A DNA stretch of 64,000 bases from Lama guanicoe. Lineage: Eukaryota. Shown piece after piece: positions 11,794 to 22,300 of the stretch; position 1 is the stretch's first letter, and the number at the start of each line of letters is the position of its first letter. The stretch covers positions 4,173,824 to 4,237,823 of the forward strand of contig MU054391.1 in the NCBI GenBank assembly GCA_013239625.1. Direction: 5' to 3'. The position numbers and the translations under genes are program-made. The notes beneath the pieces are model-generated. The model searched no databases. It saw only the letters and a list, made by a program, of their open reading frames with translations, and was not told the DNA's origin.

Positions 11794-13629
11794 CATCCTC
11801 TTCCTTCTGAATCCCGTTCTTCAGTTTGCTCTTTGCATCCTTTGTAAATTCCTTACATGACAGTTTTCTACGTTCTTCCTTAGGAATGTAAACTACTTCA
11901 CTATTTTATCTTGCAAATCACCATTTTAAAAAAAATCTCAATATCCATTTTCTAACTGCGTGAAATCAAAAGTAACAGAAATGCACTTTTCTTCAGCTGC
12001 ATCCCACAGTCAGCTCACCAAGCCATCCCTCAGGTCCCCCATGCTGATGCCTGCGGGGAACGCACTGCAGGTGCCTGCCATTCCCAGCAGCTCCCTCACC
12101 CGACCGCGACCCCAGCCCCAGCCCCAGCCACCTGTAATCTCCACCAACACTGCACCCACCTCATTCCTAGACCCTGAGTCTATAATCTCCAACAACAACC
12201 AAACAGTATTCCTGCTTCTATAGACAGGTGGCCGCTCTAGAAAGAGGAAGAGGAAGTTCATTACTAAATTCCAAAAGGACATGGCAGCCAGGATTGCCAA
12301 TGAGAATACTGGGCTTAGAGTCAGAAAACCAGCCATCAGAACTTTAGAATTTGCTTGTTCAAGCCCCTTCCCCCAGATCCTTGGTTTCCTTAATTGTTAA
12401 ATTATGTCACCTCAAGACTCCCTTGAACACTAAGTTTCTTTTCAAGGCTATAAAATACAGAAACATGGAGGAAACATTTGCTTGGCGGGTTGTAGATTAA
12501 ATCACATAAATGTGTGATCACTTCCGAGAAATGGTCTTAGATCCACAAGTAGAAAGGTTCAAGTTACCAAAGATACCACAACACCATTCACCATGAATAA
12601 TCAAACACGAAGTGTAGTTTCCTATTTTCTTGCTTTGATTTCATTACTGGGTGCATTTTTGTCCTCATGTTCACAAGAAGGATGCCGTATCTCTGAGCAT
12701 TAGAAGAGACGACAGATATTTTTTTCAACCTTCTTCTGTCAAGACCTTGCAAGATTTTATTTAGGGCGAGGAGACTCTCCCAGCAGCTATCTGCTTTCAT
12801 CTCACTGGATACAACTGACTTCCATGGCCACTACCTGCTCAAAACTAGACATAAAAAATAAACACTGGGTTTCCCTGCCTCTGTTAAAAAAGGAAGGCGA
12901 GCGGGAAGACGAATGAGGAAGGGTGTTGAGTGAGTCACCCTGCAGTGTCTGCTACCAGCGTTTATTGACAAAATTTTCATCTGAACATTTTCTCATTAAA
13001 AACAAAAGAAAACAAAAAGCTATGTCGATAAAGAAACCTGTAGGGATGTTAAATGACAACCAGGAGCATTAAGGCAGCACAATATAGCTACTAGCTTGGA
13101 AACACGCAAGGTCTTAGTGTCCCTGGGCTTCAAGTGTTCTTGTCTCTGAAAAGAGATCATAGTGTCAATCTCTGGAAATTAGTCACTGTGAGTCACACTT
13201 TGTTCATAGGAGGGATGCACCAACATCACACGTGTAAGCGTGTGCGCACACACACATGTGTGTGCAGGGAAAATCTGATGTGTGAGCAAAACTCAGTGCC
13301 CTGGGGATCAGATTCTACCTCTGAGGGTCATGTGCTGCGTCAGGAGACATTCTCACGTCTCCTCGATTCCCACCTGACGTGGGGACCTCCATGCTGATGT
13401 GAGCCAGAGGGCAGGCCTTCAGAGCAGGCCCAGACCTTCGGGGCGACAGCCGCTCCTGAAGACCCCCTACACCCTGCGCGTTCCCGCCGCCTGCAGCAGC
13501 TGCGTCCCGCTTCCAGTCCCGGCCGGCCTGCCTGGGGTGCCGTCAGGAGCCCCCCACGGACCTCTCTGCTTCAGCGGCCCTTGTCCTCCTTCTGGTTACA
13601 GCCCCACAAGCCAGAATGAGCCTTTTACA

Positions 13630-14170
13630 GGGTAATTAGGTCATGTTGCTCTTCTACCTCGTCACTTAAAGCCCAGAGCGTCACCAGCACTGGGAGTCCC
13701 CTTCCTTGGCCAAGCCCTGAACCAGAGCCCCTGCCCTGAACCCGGGCCCCTGCCCTGAACCCGAGCCCCTGCCCTGAACCCGGGCCCCAGCCCTGAACCC
13801 AGGCCCCAGCCCTGAACCTGGACCCCAGACCTGAACCGGGGCCCCTGCCCTGAACCTGGGCCCCAGCCCTGAACCCGGGCCCCTGCCCCTTCAGCTCCTC
13901 CTGCTTGTTGTGTGGGGCCTCTTGCCGACCCTCAGACAAACCCCAGACAGCCCTGCCCCAGGGATCAGGCCATGGCGGTCCGTTCTCCCTCCTGCTAGGT
14001 CTCTGCACACACCTCCCCCCTCATCATCTGCTGACACCACGCACTTTCCCGCTGGCTGATGGGCGTCTCCTCGGCTAAGACTGAAGCCCATGCGGGCAGC
14101 AGCGTGGCCTCTTTTATTCACTAGCACATCCCCAGCACCGAGAATGATGCCAGGCACGTGCCATTACTGG
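13630..14170 (+). mobile_element. L2a 3' region interrupted by a minisatellite
   Basis: GGTCATGTTGCTCTTCT...TAAAGCCCAGAG before the array. After it: GGCCTCTTGCCG.CCCTCAGACA...CCTGCCCCAGGG and TTTTATTCACT..ACATCCCCAGCACC.AGAA...TGCCAGGCAC. Both are collinear with recalled L2a. Confidence 0.65.
13714..13890. repeat. 19-bp GC-rich minisatellite, about 9.3 copies, consensus GCCCTGAACCCGGGCCCC(T/A)
   Basis: Nine full units start at 13714, 13733, 13752, 13771, 13790, 13809, 13828, 13847 and 13866, then a partial GCCCCT. No indels. Confidence 0.97.
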
Positions 14171-14922
14171 AGAAGGTCGTCCATGACCTAACCTCCAGTT
14201 GACCTGCAGGCTGGCCTCAGGCAATCAGAGGTTCCCACAGTGGGAGCCTTTTCAAGGACTCAGCCTTAAGAAAACGCATGTTTCTGGAACCCAGCGAACG
14301 CCTCTTCATAAACTCAAGATCCTGGTGGAGGGTGGGAAGGTCTGCTTGCCTTACAACGTCCCCAGACAGTCTTGTGTGTCAGCGCCTTTGCTGATTAAAC
14401 CTGCCACCTCCCCATCAGGCGTGGCTGACTCTTCCTCAGTCTCTCCTTGTCCTCTGTGTACAGGAGCCAGTTTGCAAGCTAGCAAGTATGCACTCAGGAA
14501 ATACTTACTGAAGAAAAGGTAAGTGAATAAATAAGGAGATGACTGAATCAACCCAGGAGCGGTTCCCAGTTTCCATGCCCTTTCGTTCCTGCTGATTCCA
14601 TTTGTTTGGCTCGATCCAGAAGAGGTAAAGTACTAAGGCCTTCTGCTTGTGGAGAATTACAGCTAACACTACGTCCTACATCTGCTCCCACAGTGGATTC
14701 CCTCAGCAGCCTTAGCAGCCTCGTCAGGTTGGCAAGGCAGGCAGGTCCAGGCTCAAGATCCGGACTGGGACCCAGGTGCGGCCCAAGTACCCCAGAGGCT
14801 GAGAACGTGCTTCTGCCCTTGGTTCACAGACCCCATCAGCTCTGCGCTCCATCCTTCACCTGGCCGTGGCCTCCCGGGTTTGGCGCTCCCGTATCCGTCC
14901 AATTTCACCTGTGGATGCGACC

Positions 14923-14940
14923 TAGCGCCCTCTAACAGTC
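14923..14940 (-). promoter_or_regulatory. Candidate CTCF site (reverse orientation)
   Basis: Minus strand reads GACTGTTAGAGGGCGCTA. The 3' part TAGAGGGCGCTA matches the CTCF core and the 5' part is imperfect. Confidence 0.45.
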
Positions 14941-17589
14941 AGATTAGTATCCGCGTTGTTATTTTTCAGATGCCAGTAAGATTCCAGCTCCCAGTCCTCC
15001 CTGCCGTGATCGCTGATCCCTGCGCCCTGTGGGTGGGGAGGGGAGGAAGATTCTTTTTCCTGCCTTTGAAGCATTCAGGTTCAGTCTCGGCATCAGCTAT
15101 GTCACGTGAGCCCTGACACACGTTTACGGCGCTTCATGGTCTTCCTCCACACGGGGCTCCGAGACTCGGTGTCGCCTCCCATCAAGGACAGGCTGCTCCC
15201 ACCCTTACTGGTTCTGTGTAGACTTCATGAGTCAAGGCTGCTCACCTCAAAACTACACCCTTTCTGATCAGCCCAAAATGGTGATACTGCAATAATTTAT
15301 CCGATCTGTGGGGTTACCCAAAAGAAATGTAAATTTCTACAAAGATGATGGATCATATTTCTCTATTGGAACTCTTTGGGTTCAGAAGCCCTATAACGCC
15401 CAGAGGGCTTCAGCTGCCCCCAGCCCCGAGGCGCCCCCCCCATGCCCACACCACCACTGCATAAAAACACAGTGTTTATATCTGTGCAAAGAGAAGACAA
15501 CCCCCCTTCCAGCTGGTTGCTGCCCACGAGGACTCAGCCCCTACTAGACGCACATTTTTTTGGGTCACTCCGGAGTGGGTGACATGTACCGGGAACATGG
15601 TATACATGTAGCCAAATTAACTCTGGCCGCGATCCTGTGACGGAGGTACTGTCATCTCCACTTCACAGACAGCAATACACGAACATATTCACTCACCTAA
15701 GGTCCCCAACCGGACAGCTCACATTTGAGCTCGGCTCACCCAGTGCTAACCCCAGTCCTCACCCTCCTCCAGAAAAGACACCGTCTAGTCAAGGGAGTGT
15801 CTCCTGAGAGGATGAAGACAACACCTGGAGGCTTCACAGAGATTTTGCATGGGAAAGGCACTCAAATATAATAGCTATTTCTTGTCACCATGTACTGTTG
15901 AATAATAGGATAAATGACTAGCCTAGCCTGGTCACTAGTAAATCCCTTCGTGTTCATCCCGGCCAAGCTTGCTGCCCTTGAATTTCGCTCACCTTATGAA
16001 CAAAAAAAATGATCCTCAGAAATTCCTATCTTGTTTCAGCAGCTCAGGTCGGGTAATATGGGATTGATCTGTGCTAGGAGTTCTGCATTCATGTACGTAA
16101 TTACGTATTTTATGATTAAAAGGCAACATCATGGACACATTGGTGCATAGGGTAACCGCGGCTATGGGATGCATCAAATGGGGAATTTTTTTTTCTAAAG
16201 ATTTTGTATTCTTCATTAATTCAGCTAGCAAATACCACCCCATCTGAAGCCAGGTATATCTGGCAGATGGAATCAAAGTAGTAAAGGCAATGTATCAATG
16301 GTGTCGGCAGGCTGGGGAGTGTTTGCCGCCTGAGTTATTTTGGGGTGGTTCAACAGATTTCTTCTTTCCATAGTAAGTGAATTTCTCCACAGAATTTTAA
16401 ATTTAACTGATTTTTCCTCAACAAAATAAAGTTATTCCAAAAAGGAATGTCTATTAACTCTTTACTATAAGTTACTTTCATGGTCAAACTTCACAAGGAG
16501 AACAAAGATCACATTTCAGCCTTGGATTTTGTCTATAATGCCACAGTCTAGGATGTTATTGTCATGTTTTGAAGTTAGATATTTACTTAATCAGTGGAGG
16601 AAAAGGTTGCAAAGTAGCTAACTTATTTTTCCCCCAAATAAAGAAACTCTCGCCCTGTCACCAAAGGGGAAACAGTTTGCCTCCTGTCCTTAGAGGATAT
16701 TATCATTATTGCCCGCTGAGCAGCCCTGCTCTTTACGCAGCACTGTTAACATGTTCTTGGAGGTCTGCGATTTGGAAGTGGTACAGTCGGCTTGGCCTTA
16801 AGGGTGTGAATCTGAGGGGATGCTAACAGTAGCCTGGGAGTGAGAAAACCTGCTTTTGTCCTCATCTGTCACTCTCTCGTTCTGTGCTCTTAGCTGGACA
16901 CCTACTCCCACCCCCTCCTCAGGTTTTCATCTGTAAAATGGGAATTTAAAAACCCCTCCTTGTGGTTGTGTGACTCATATAAAGGGAGCTGTCTCCCAAA
17001 CGTGAACCCGCTCAGTCTTATGCCCTCATCAGCAGGCGCCAAATGCCTTTCTGCCATCCTTCTCGTCAACGATATAACTTGCTGTCCCCCGCTGGACTCC
17101 AGCCGGGGCCTCCAGCTCTATCTCCGCCCATCTCCCTTTGCGACAGCGAGGGTCAGCCGTGCTAACCCAAATCCTGCCCCTGGCAGTGGCCGTGCTGCCT
17201 TGGGCCTCCGCGCTCATGCCGTTTGTTGTAGGAACAATTCTGGGGGGCAGGCTCTCTTTCCAGGGGCTTCCTCCCCAGGCCCCCATCCCCCTCCCCCATC
17301 ACCTGCAGCAGGGCCGCTGGCCCTACTTCTGCCCCTAGAGTGTCGTTGGAATCGCACGCAGGGACCTGGAGGGTCTGAGGGAAGATGCTGAAGCAGCAAG
17401 CACTGTGTATAGTCAGAACACAGCTGGATAAATTCACTCCAGTGCAGTGCCCAACGTCAGGATAAAGCATTGGCTAAGCTTGTTAAATCAGATGTGGACA
17501 CTTTGCTTGGAGGAAAACTCCCTGTACTATTAACAATGAATCATCTGTCGAGATTGGGTCTAACACCCTCTCCAGAAAGAGTCGCTAGA

Positions 17590-18310
17590 GTGTCTTCCCT
17601 CGGGGCAGACGGGGCAGCTGGACCAGACCGACCGCCCCCAGGCTAGGGTCCAGCGTCAGGCCCGGTGGCCCAGGCTTCCGCGGGGCCGTCCCAGGCCGGA
17701 TGGCGCAGAGCTGCACAGGCAAGAGGAAGGGCCACGGGGGCAGAGCCTTGCTTGTGACTTGCGGGACAGCACTCTGAGCGCGCGATTTCAGCCCTGGGGG
17801 GGGCTTGCTCCTCGCACGGAGCCCCTCCTTCCTCCTTCCGCCCAGAGCCGGGGGTGGGGGTGTGAGCAAGCCCCAGGGGGCCACTTCCTCCAGCTTTGCT
17901 TCTTTCTGCCCCTGGACGCAGAAGGACGGCAGGAGCGGGAGGCACATCAGAGCAGCTCCTTCGGGAAGCCCCTCGCTTCTCCCGCTGCTCGCACTCACCC
18001 GACACTGAGGCGGCGGCGCAGGAGGAGACACGAGGAGCCCCGTTCCGCTTCCTTTGCCGAGACGGCTCTTCTCCTGGGTCCCCGCTCAGCCCCGCTCCGC
18101 CCCCCGGACGTGTGACGCACGCCTGCCACGCGCTCCCACGGCTCCGGTCCCTCCCCAAACACCACCCATCACACTGCGTGGTCGCCGCTTGTTTGACTTT
18201 TGCCCAGAACCACACGCTTCCTGAGAGGAGGGCGCACGTGTCTCGTCTACGACTGCAGGTGGACGCAGTATCGACCTGCATGTCGTCCACAAGTGGACGA
18301 AGGAAGGAAC
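17590..18310. promoter_or_regulatory. CpG-island-like GC-rich region
   Basis: Dense CpGs, a GC box (CTCCGCCCC near 18095) and a TGACGC half-CRE. No linked coding exon identified. Confidence 0.65.
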
Positions 18311-20029
18311 TCCCTAGAGCAGTTGGGATCTCTAACGGTGTGGACAGACATCAGTGGCTATTTGTAATCATTCGGAAGTCCTATCCTGCTCTGAAGTTCT
18401 GCAATTCTCTGTCATACGTCAGCAAACAATATAATCAATGCTGTGTACGGATTTTAGATAATTCAAACTTCTGATCTCGAGGACTGAAAATCTGTGATTT
18501 TTGACTTTTGCTGTTCGGTGGCTGTTTTGGCTTGATGATGAGATGGTCATTTATCTTTCTGGCTAGAGGACGCAGGTTGTGTACACAAACCCCAGGGGCT
18601 CCAACATGCAGATCCGAAGCCAGAAATCATTGATTGCACAGCAGCTCCACGGTGTCTGTCCCATGTCACCCCCAGGATCAAAGTTCTGTTCTCCAGGTCA
18701 TGTACCTGATAGGGTGTGAAGCACCCCAACTCTTTTTTTTCTCAAAAAAAGGTATTATGTATTCTACTTTTTAACTTCTCTTTGGCAAAATAGACAAGAA
18801 TTCTTTAACACAGCAAAGCCAAGAATGGCTTTCCACCATATGAAAGGCGTGTTTGCTTTTGACATTTTGAGAGCAGAGTATCCAAATTGCCTTAGAAAAA
18901 TAAGTAAAAGAGCCATCAAACCAGTCATTATACTGAAACCCCCAACTCTGCGGCTCCTGGCATCTGTGTCGCCCATTCCCCTCTCCCTGGTGAGTGCCTG
19001 CACAGCTCTGGACTGTTCCAGGAGGCACTGAAGCATGTCTTCTGCAGAGTTCCAGGCAGCTCATCTAATGGCAAGTCATCTCCCAGCACAGCCCTAACCC
19101 AGAGATTTTGCACTGCTTGAGTGACTAAATTGGCCATAGATTTTCCACACGCCCCTAATATTATTGCAGAGTTCCATTATCACGTGGGCAATAGCAGGTA
19201 GGGAAGATACAGTTGCAGCGTGGCCAGGAAATGTTATATCCACGATGCTTTATGTCTTTCAAATAGGGGAAGGGGAAAAAAAAAAAAAGAAAGAAAAACT
19301 CATCTCCGAGTCATTGGCACCTCAGTCAAAGCAAAACATGGCCCCACTGCTGCGTAATGCATTATGTATCATCAAACTGATGTTGCACCTTCAGCACTGT
19401 GTTGGCTGCACTGCACCCTTTCACGCACGCTTGCAAGCTGAATCCAGTATGGGGTTTGAATGTGCCTGTTCTGGAAGGGAGACAATGCTGAATGGGAGAC
19501 GGGAATGCCAAGGGTGCTGTGAGGGGCGATTACCCCTCTGCAGTTACAGAAGAGAGATGTGCACATTATGCCCTTCCAATTGCTGCGGGTCACACGAGGC
19601 TGAGGCGTTTTCTAGCACAGTACAGGAGAGAACACAGCAGGCCTTGGACCTGAAGAAAGGGCTGGGGGTCAGAGGTCATCGTGGCTCACCAGAGGAGCAC
19701 TGGCAGAGGAGGGAATACAATTTGGGTTCGTTTTCTTTTGGAGGTGAGTGATTCACCAGCCCTCTTTCGTCATGTGCCTATGAAAGAATACAAGATTTCT
19801 CTTGGAACTCTGATGGCACTAGCCTGAAAAGGGTTGATCAGGAATTATCTTCACCTAAAAGGAAAGGAAGAAAATAGACCACCTGCTGAGTTGCAGAAGG
19901 ACGGAGCATCTTTGAACTGGCGGCATCCGTCCAGCATCCTTGATTCTCAAATAACATGACCACAGAAAAATGATTGAGATCTCGCCATCCCCATGCGAAC
20001 CACGCCCCCAGGAAACTACAGTGGTGACG

Positions 20030-20345
20030 CTGGCCTTCGACAAACAGCTCCGTTCGGAGTCAGTGAGGGGCACCGTTGCCAAATTCTGGTAGCCACATCC
20101 ACGGTTGACAATTGCTCTACGCAGCAGCACTCATTCAGCAACAGCACGTACGACACCACGAAGCGACAAGGTGGCCGGCGTGCAAAGTGCGAGCGGACGT
20201 GGTGTCGTCATTCTGCTTTTCTCAGTGCGCCTTTACGTTGCGCTGTGCCTCGTCTGTAGCCTGCTTCGGAGCGTCAACACTGCACTAAGCATTATGCGGA
20301 GACAAGCGGCACGTTGGTCCTGACGCATGGTTAGGTGCTTCAGCG
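20030..20345. other. Short CpG-dense patch
   Basis: I count 25 CpGs in 20041-20340 at only moderate GC content. Confidence 0.8.
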
Positions 20346-20969
20346 AAGAAAAGCAGAGCAAGTGAGCGAAACTCAGGGGTGGGATATCAGTGAATCACTT
20401 TTAATAAGTGAACAGACTGTGTGCGCTGTCCACTAAGGCCCCTACCATATCATTAATTCCCTTGTCTTTTTACTGTCAGTTGGTGAGGGGTTCAAATTCT
20501 CAGAGAGAACAGGAAAGAAATCTGAAAAAGAACAAAGGCAGAAATGATGAAAATGGTGATTAATTAGCACCACAAACAGCAGACTAGACTTATGGTGTAA
20601 TCCTGCGTGTTCTGGCTGCAGCACATAAGATTGTAAGTAGCAAATTATGGGATTGGTTGTTACATGTTTCGTATACTAGGATCTAAGGTTAGTCAAAGCA
20701 GGGATAATATATGCCTTGTTCACAGCGGTTTTGCTAGCGCTTGACACATAATCAGTGTTACCCATACATTATTCATCATTTCATTATCTGTCGTCCGCTA
20801 GGATGCTCTGCTCAGTACCACTTGCTATTATTGTGAATAGACCTCCCTTTGGACCCTAAAATACCTGTGAATTCTACTGTATACAAATTTCAATTGTATG
20901 TGAATAGAAAAATTCAGAGATGTATGTGACATATTTTGCTATCTTTATTTCTTCATATCTGATTATCGA

Positions 20970-21345
20970 TATAGTGGACAGATTGACTCACAAAATAAAT
21001 ACATAGATAAATCTCTTTGCTCATCTGCATTTCCTGAATGCTTGCAGTTAGAGCCATGTGATTAATTTCAGCTAGTAATATTTCATGGAAATAACATGTG
21101 TCACATCTGCAGTGAGGGATTGAAAAGCCACCTGATTCCCTGCCATCGTGACTAAGGAAGTCCGTGTTCTAGCTGTAGTCACAAGATCGTGATGTCTTTA
21201 TCAGTCTGGGTTCCTGAGTGACTGTGTGGGGCAGAACCATCTGCCAGTGTGCATGAAATTTCATGTAAACCAAAAATAAAGTTGGTTGTTATTTGTTTAG
21301 CATAAAGCCCGTGAGATGTTGAGGTCGAGTATGGCCTCTTCTGAC
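20970..21345 (+). mobile_element. Old MLT1 (I/J-like) LTR
   Basis: TTGCAGTTAGAGCCATGTGA...ATGTGTCAC...AGTCTGGGTTCCTGAGTGACTGTGTGGGGCAGAACC...AAATAAA. Confidence 0.7.
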
Positions 21346-21664
21346 CAGCGTGGGCACTGGCTTTACTGGTTCAGCCACTTTCAGCTCAGGCTTTGACAGT
21401 GATCCTCATCTTCTCGCCATCCGTTACTCCTGCTCCAAATCACGCTGCTCATGCTGCTGGAAGAACCATTTTCAGCTAGATACTGGGTTGTGTCATTCTT
21501 CATTTCAAAACTGTCAGTGACTCCCATTTGACTTTTAGGCAATGAGAATGAACTCCTTATTTTAGCATATGAGTTGTTTCAATATCTGGATCATCAAATT
21601 ATGGATTCAGCCTCCTCATCTTTTTTTCCTGCTCTCTGTAATCCATTTGCTCTGGGGAACTGGT

Positions 21665-22300
21665 CTGTTCATTCAATCAACAAACATCTATTCTCAATCT
21701 TGCTTTAGGGGACTGGAGACACAGCGGTACATTTGCCAGCAAGGTCCCCAGAGCTCACAGAACTTATATCCACGAACAGTGATGCCTACGGTGATCGAAG
21801 TTTCTTATACCTACAATTTCCAATGTCATAAGCACTAGATACATGTGGCTTTTGAGTACATGGCATGTGGCTATGGTGACTGAAGACCAGAAATTGTAAA
21901 TTTTAATTCTGATTAACTTAAATTTAACTCTAATAGCCAAGTTTGGCTACCGTTTACTGTATTGGGCCATGTAGTTTATAGGGAGGAAACAGATATTCAA
22001 TCAACGCATAAAAAAGGGGAACTATCAGATGGTGGCAAGCACTATGAATAGAATTAAATTAGCAGCAGAGGAGGGGCTGAAACGTGGGTGCCACTGAGAG
22101 GACAGCTGTCGCACGCTGTCGGGGCAGAAAGGCCCCTCTGATGAGTGGTGTAGGACTGACAAGGGAGAGATGCTCATGAAAGCAGCAGGGAGAGGAGCGG
22201 TCCAGAGAGAGGGAGCAGCGCCAAAGCAGGGATGACCTGGAGGTGTCAGGGTGCGAGGGCGGCAGTGCTGCTGAGCAGAGCGGGCAAGCAAGGGAGGCAC
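21665..22300 (-). mobile_element. L2 3' end split by MER3
   Basis: TTCATTCAATCAACAAACAT tail at about 21668. L2 resumes after MER3 with GGGAGGAAACAGA...TCAGATGGTGGCAAGCACTATGAA. Confidence 0.7.
21770..21976 (+). mobile_element. MER3 hAT-Charlie MITE
   Basis: CACTAGATACATGTGGCTTTTGAGTACATGGCATGTGGCTA...TTAAATTTAA...TAGCCA...TGGCTA...TGTATTGG matches recalled MER3. Confidence 0.8.

Noticed and set aside
11960..12336. Pro/Ser-rich ORF followed by RKRKRK, as a possible retrocopy
   Set aside because: No recognisable parent protein, GTG start, and no poly(A) or TSD. PQPQP comes from a CCCCAG hexamer repeat. A TBLASTN hit would reopen it.
13714..13890. CRISPR-like array
   Set aside because: Units are head-to-tail with no unique spacers, the context is mammalian and there are no cas genes.
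14515..14525. Strong donor AAG|GTAAGT
   Set aside because: Sits in what looks like an L2 tail with no convincing upstream acceptor, and isolated donors are common by chance.
17585..18474. Overlapping 148-215 aa ORFs
   Set aside because: Stops are rare in GC-rich DNA, frames are open on both strands, composition is biased to P/G/R/A and no domain is recognisable.
19164..19751. 195-aa ORF
   Set aside because: TTG start, crosses an A homopolymer and has no recognisable homology.
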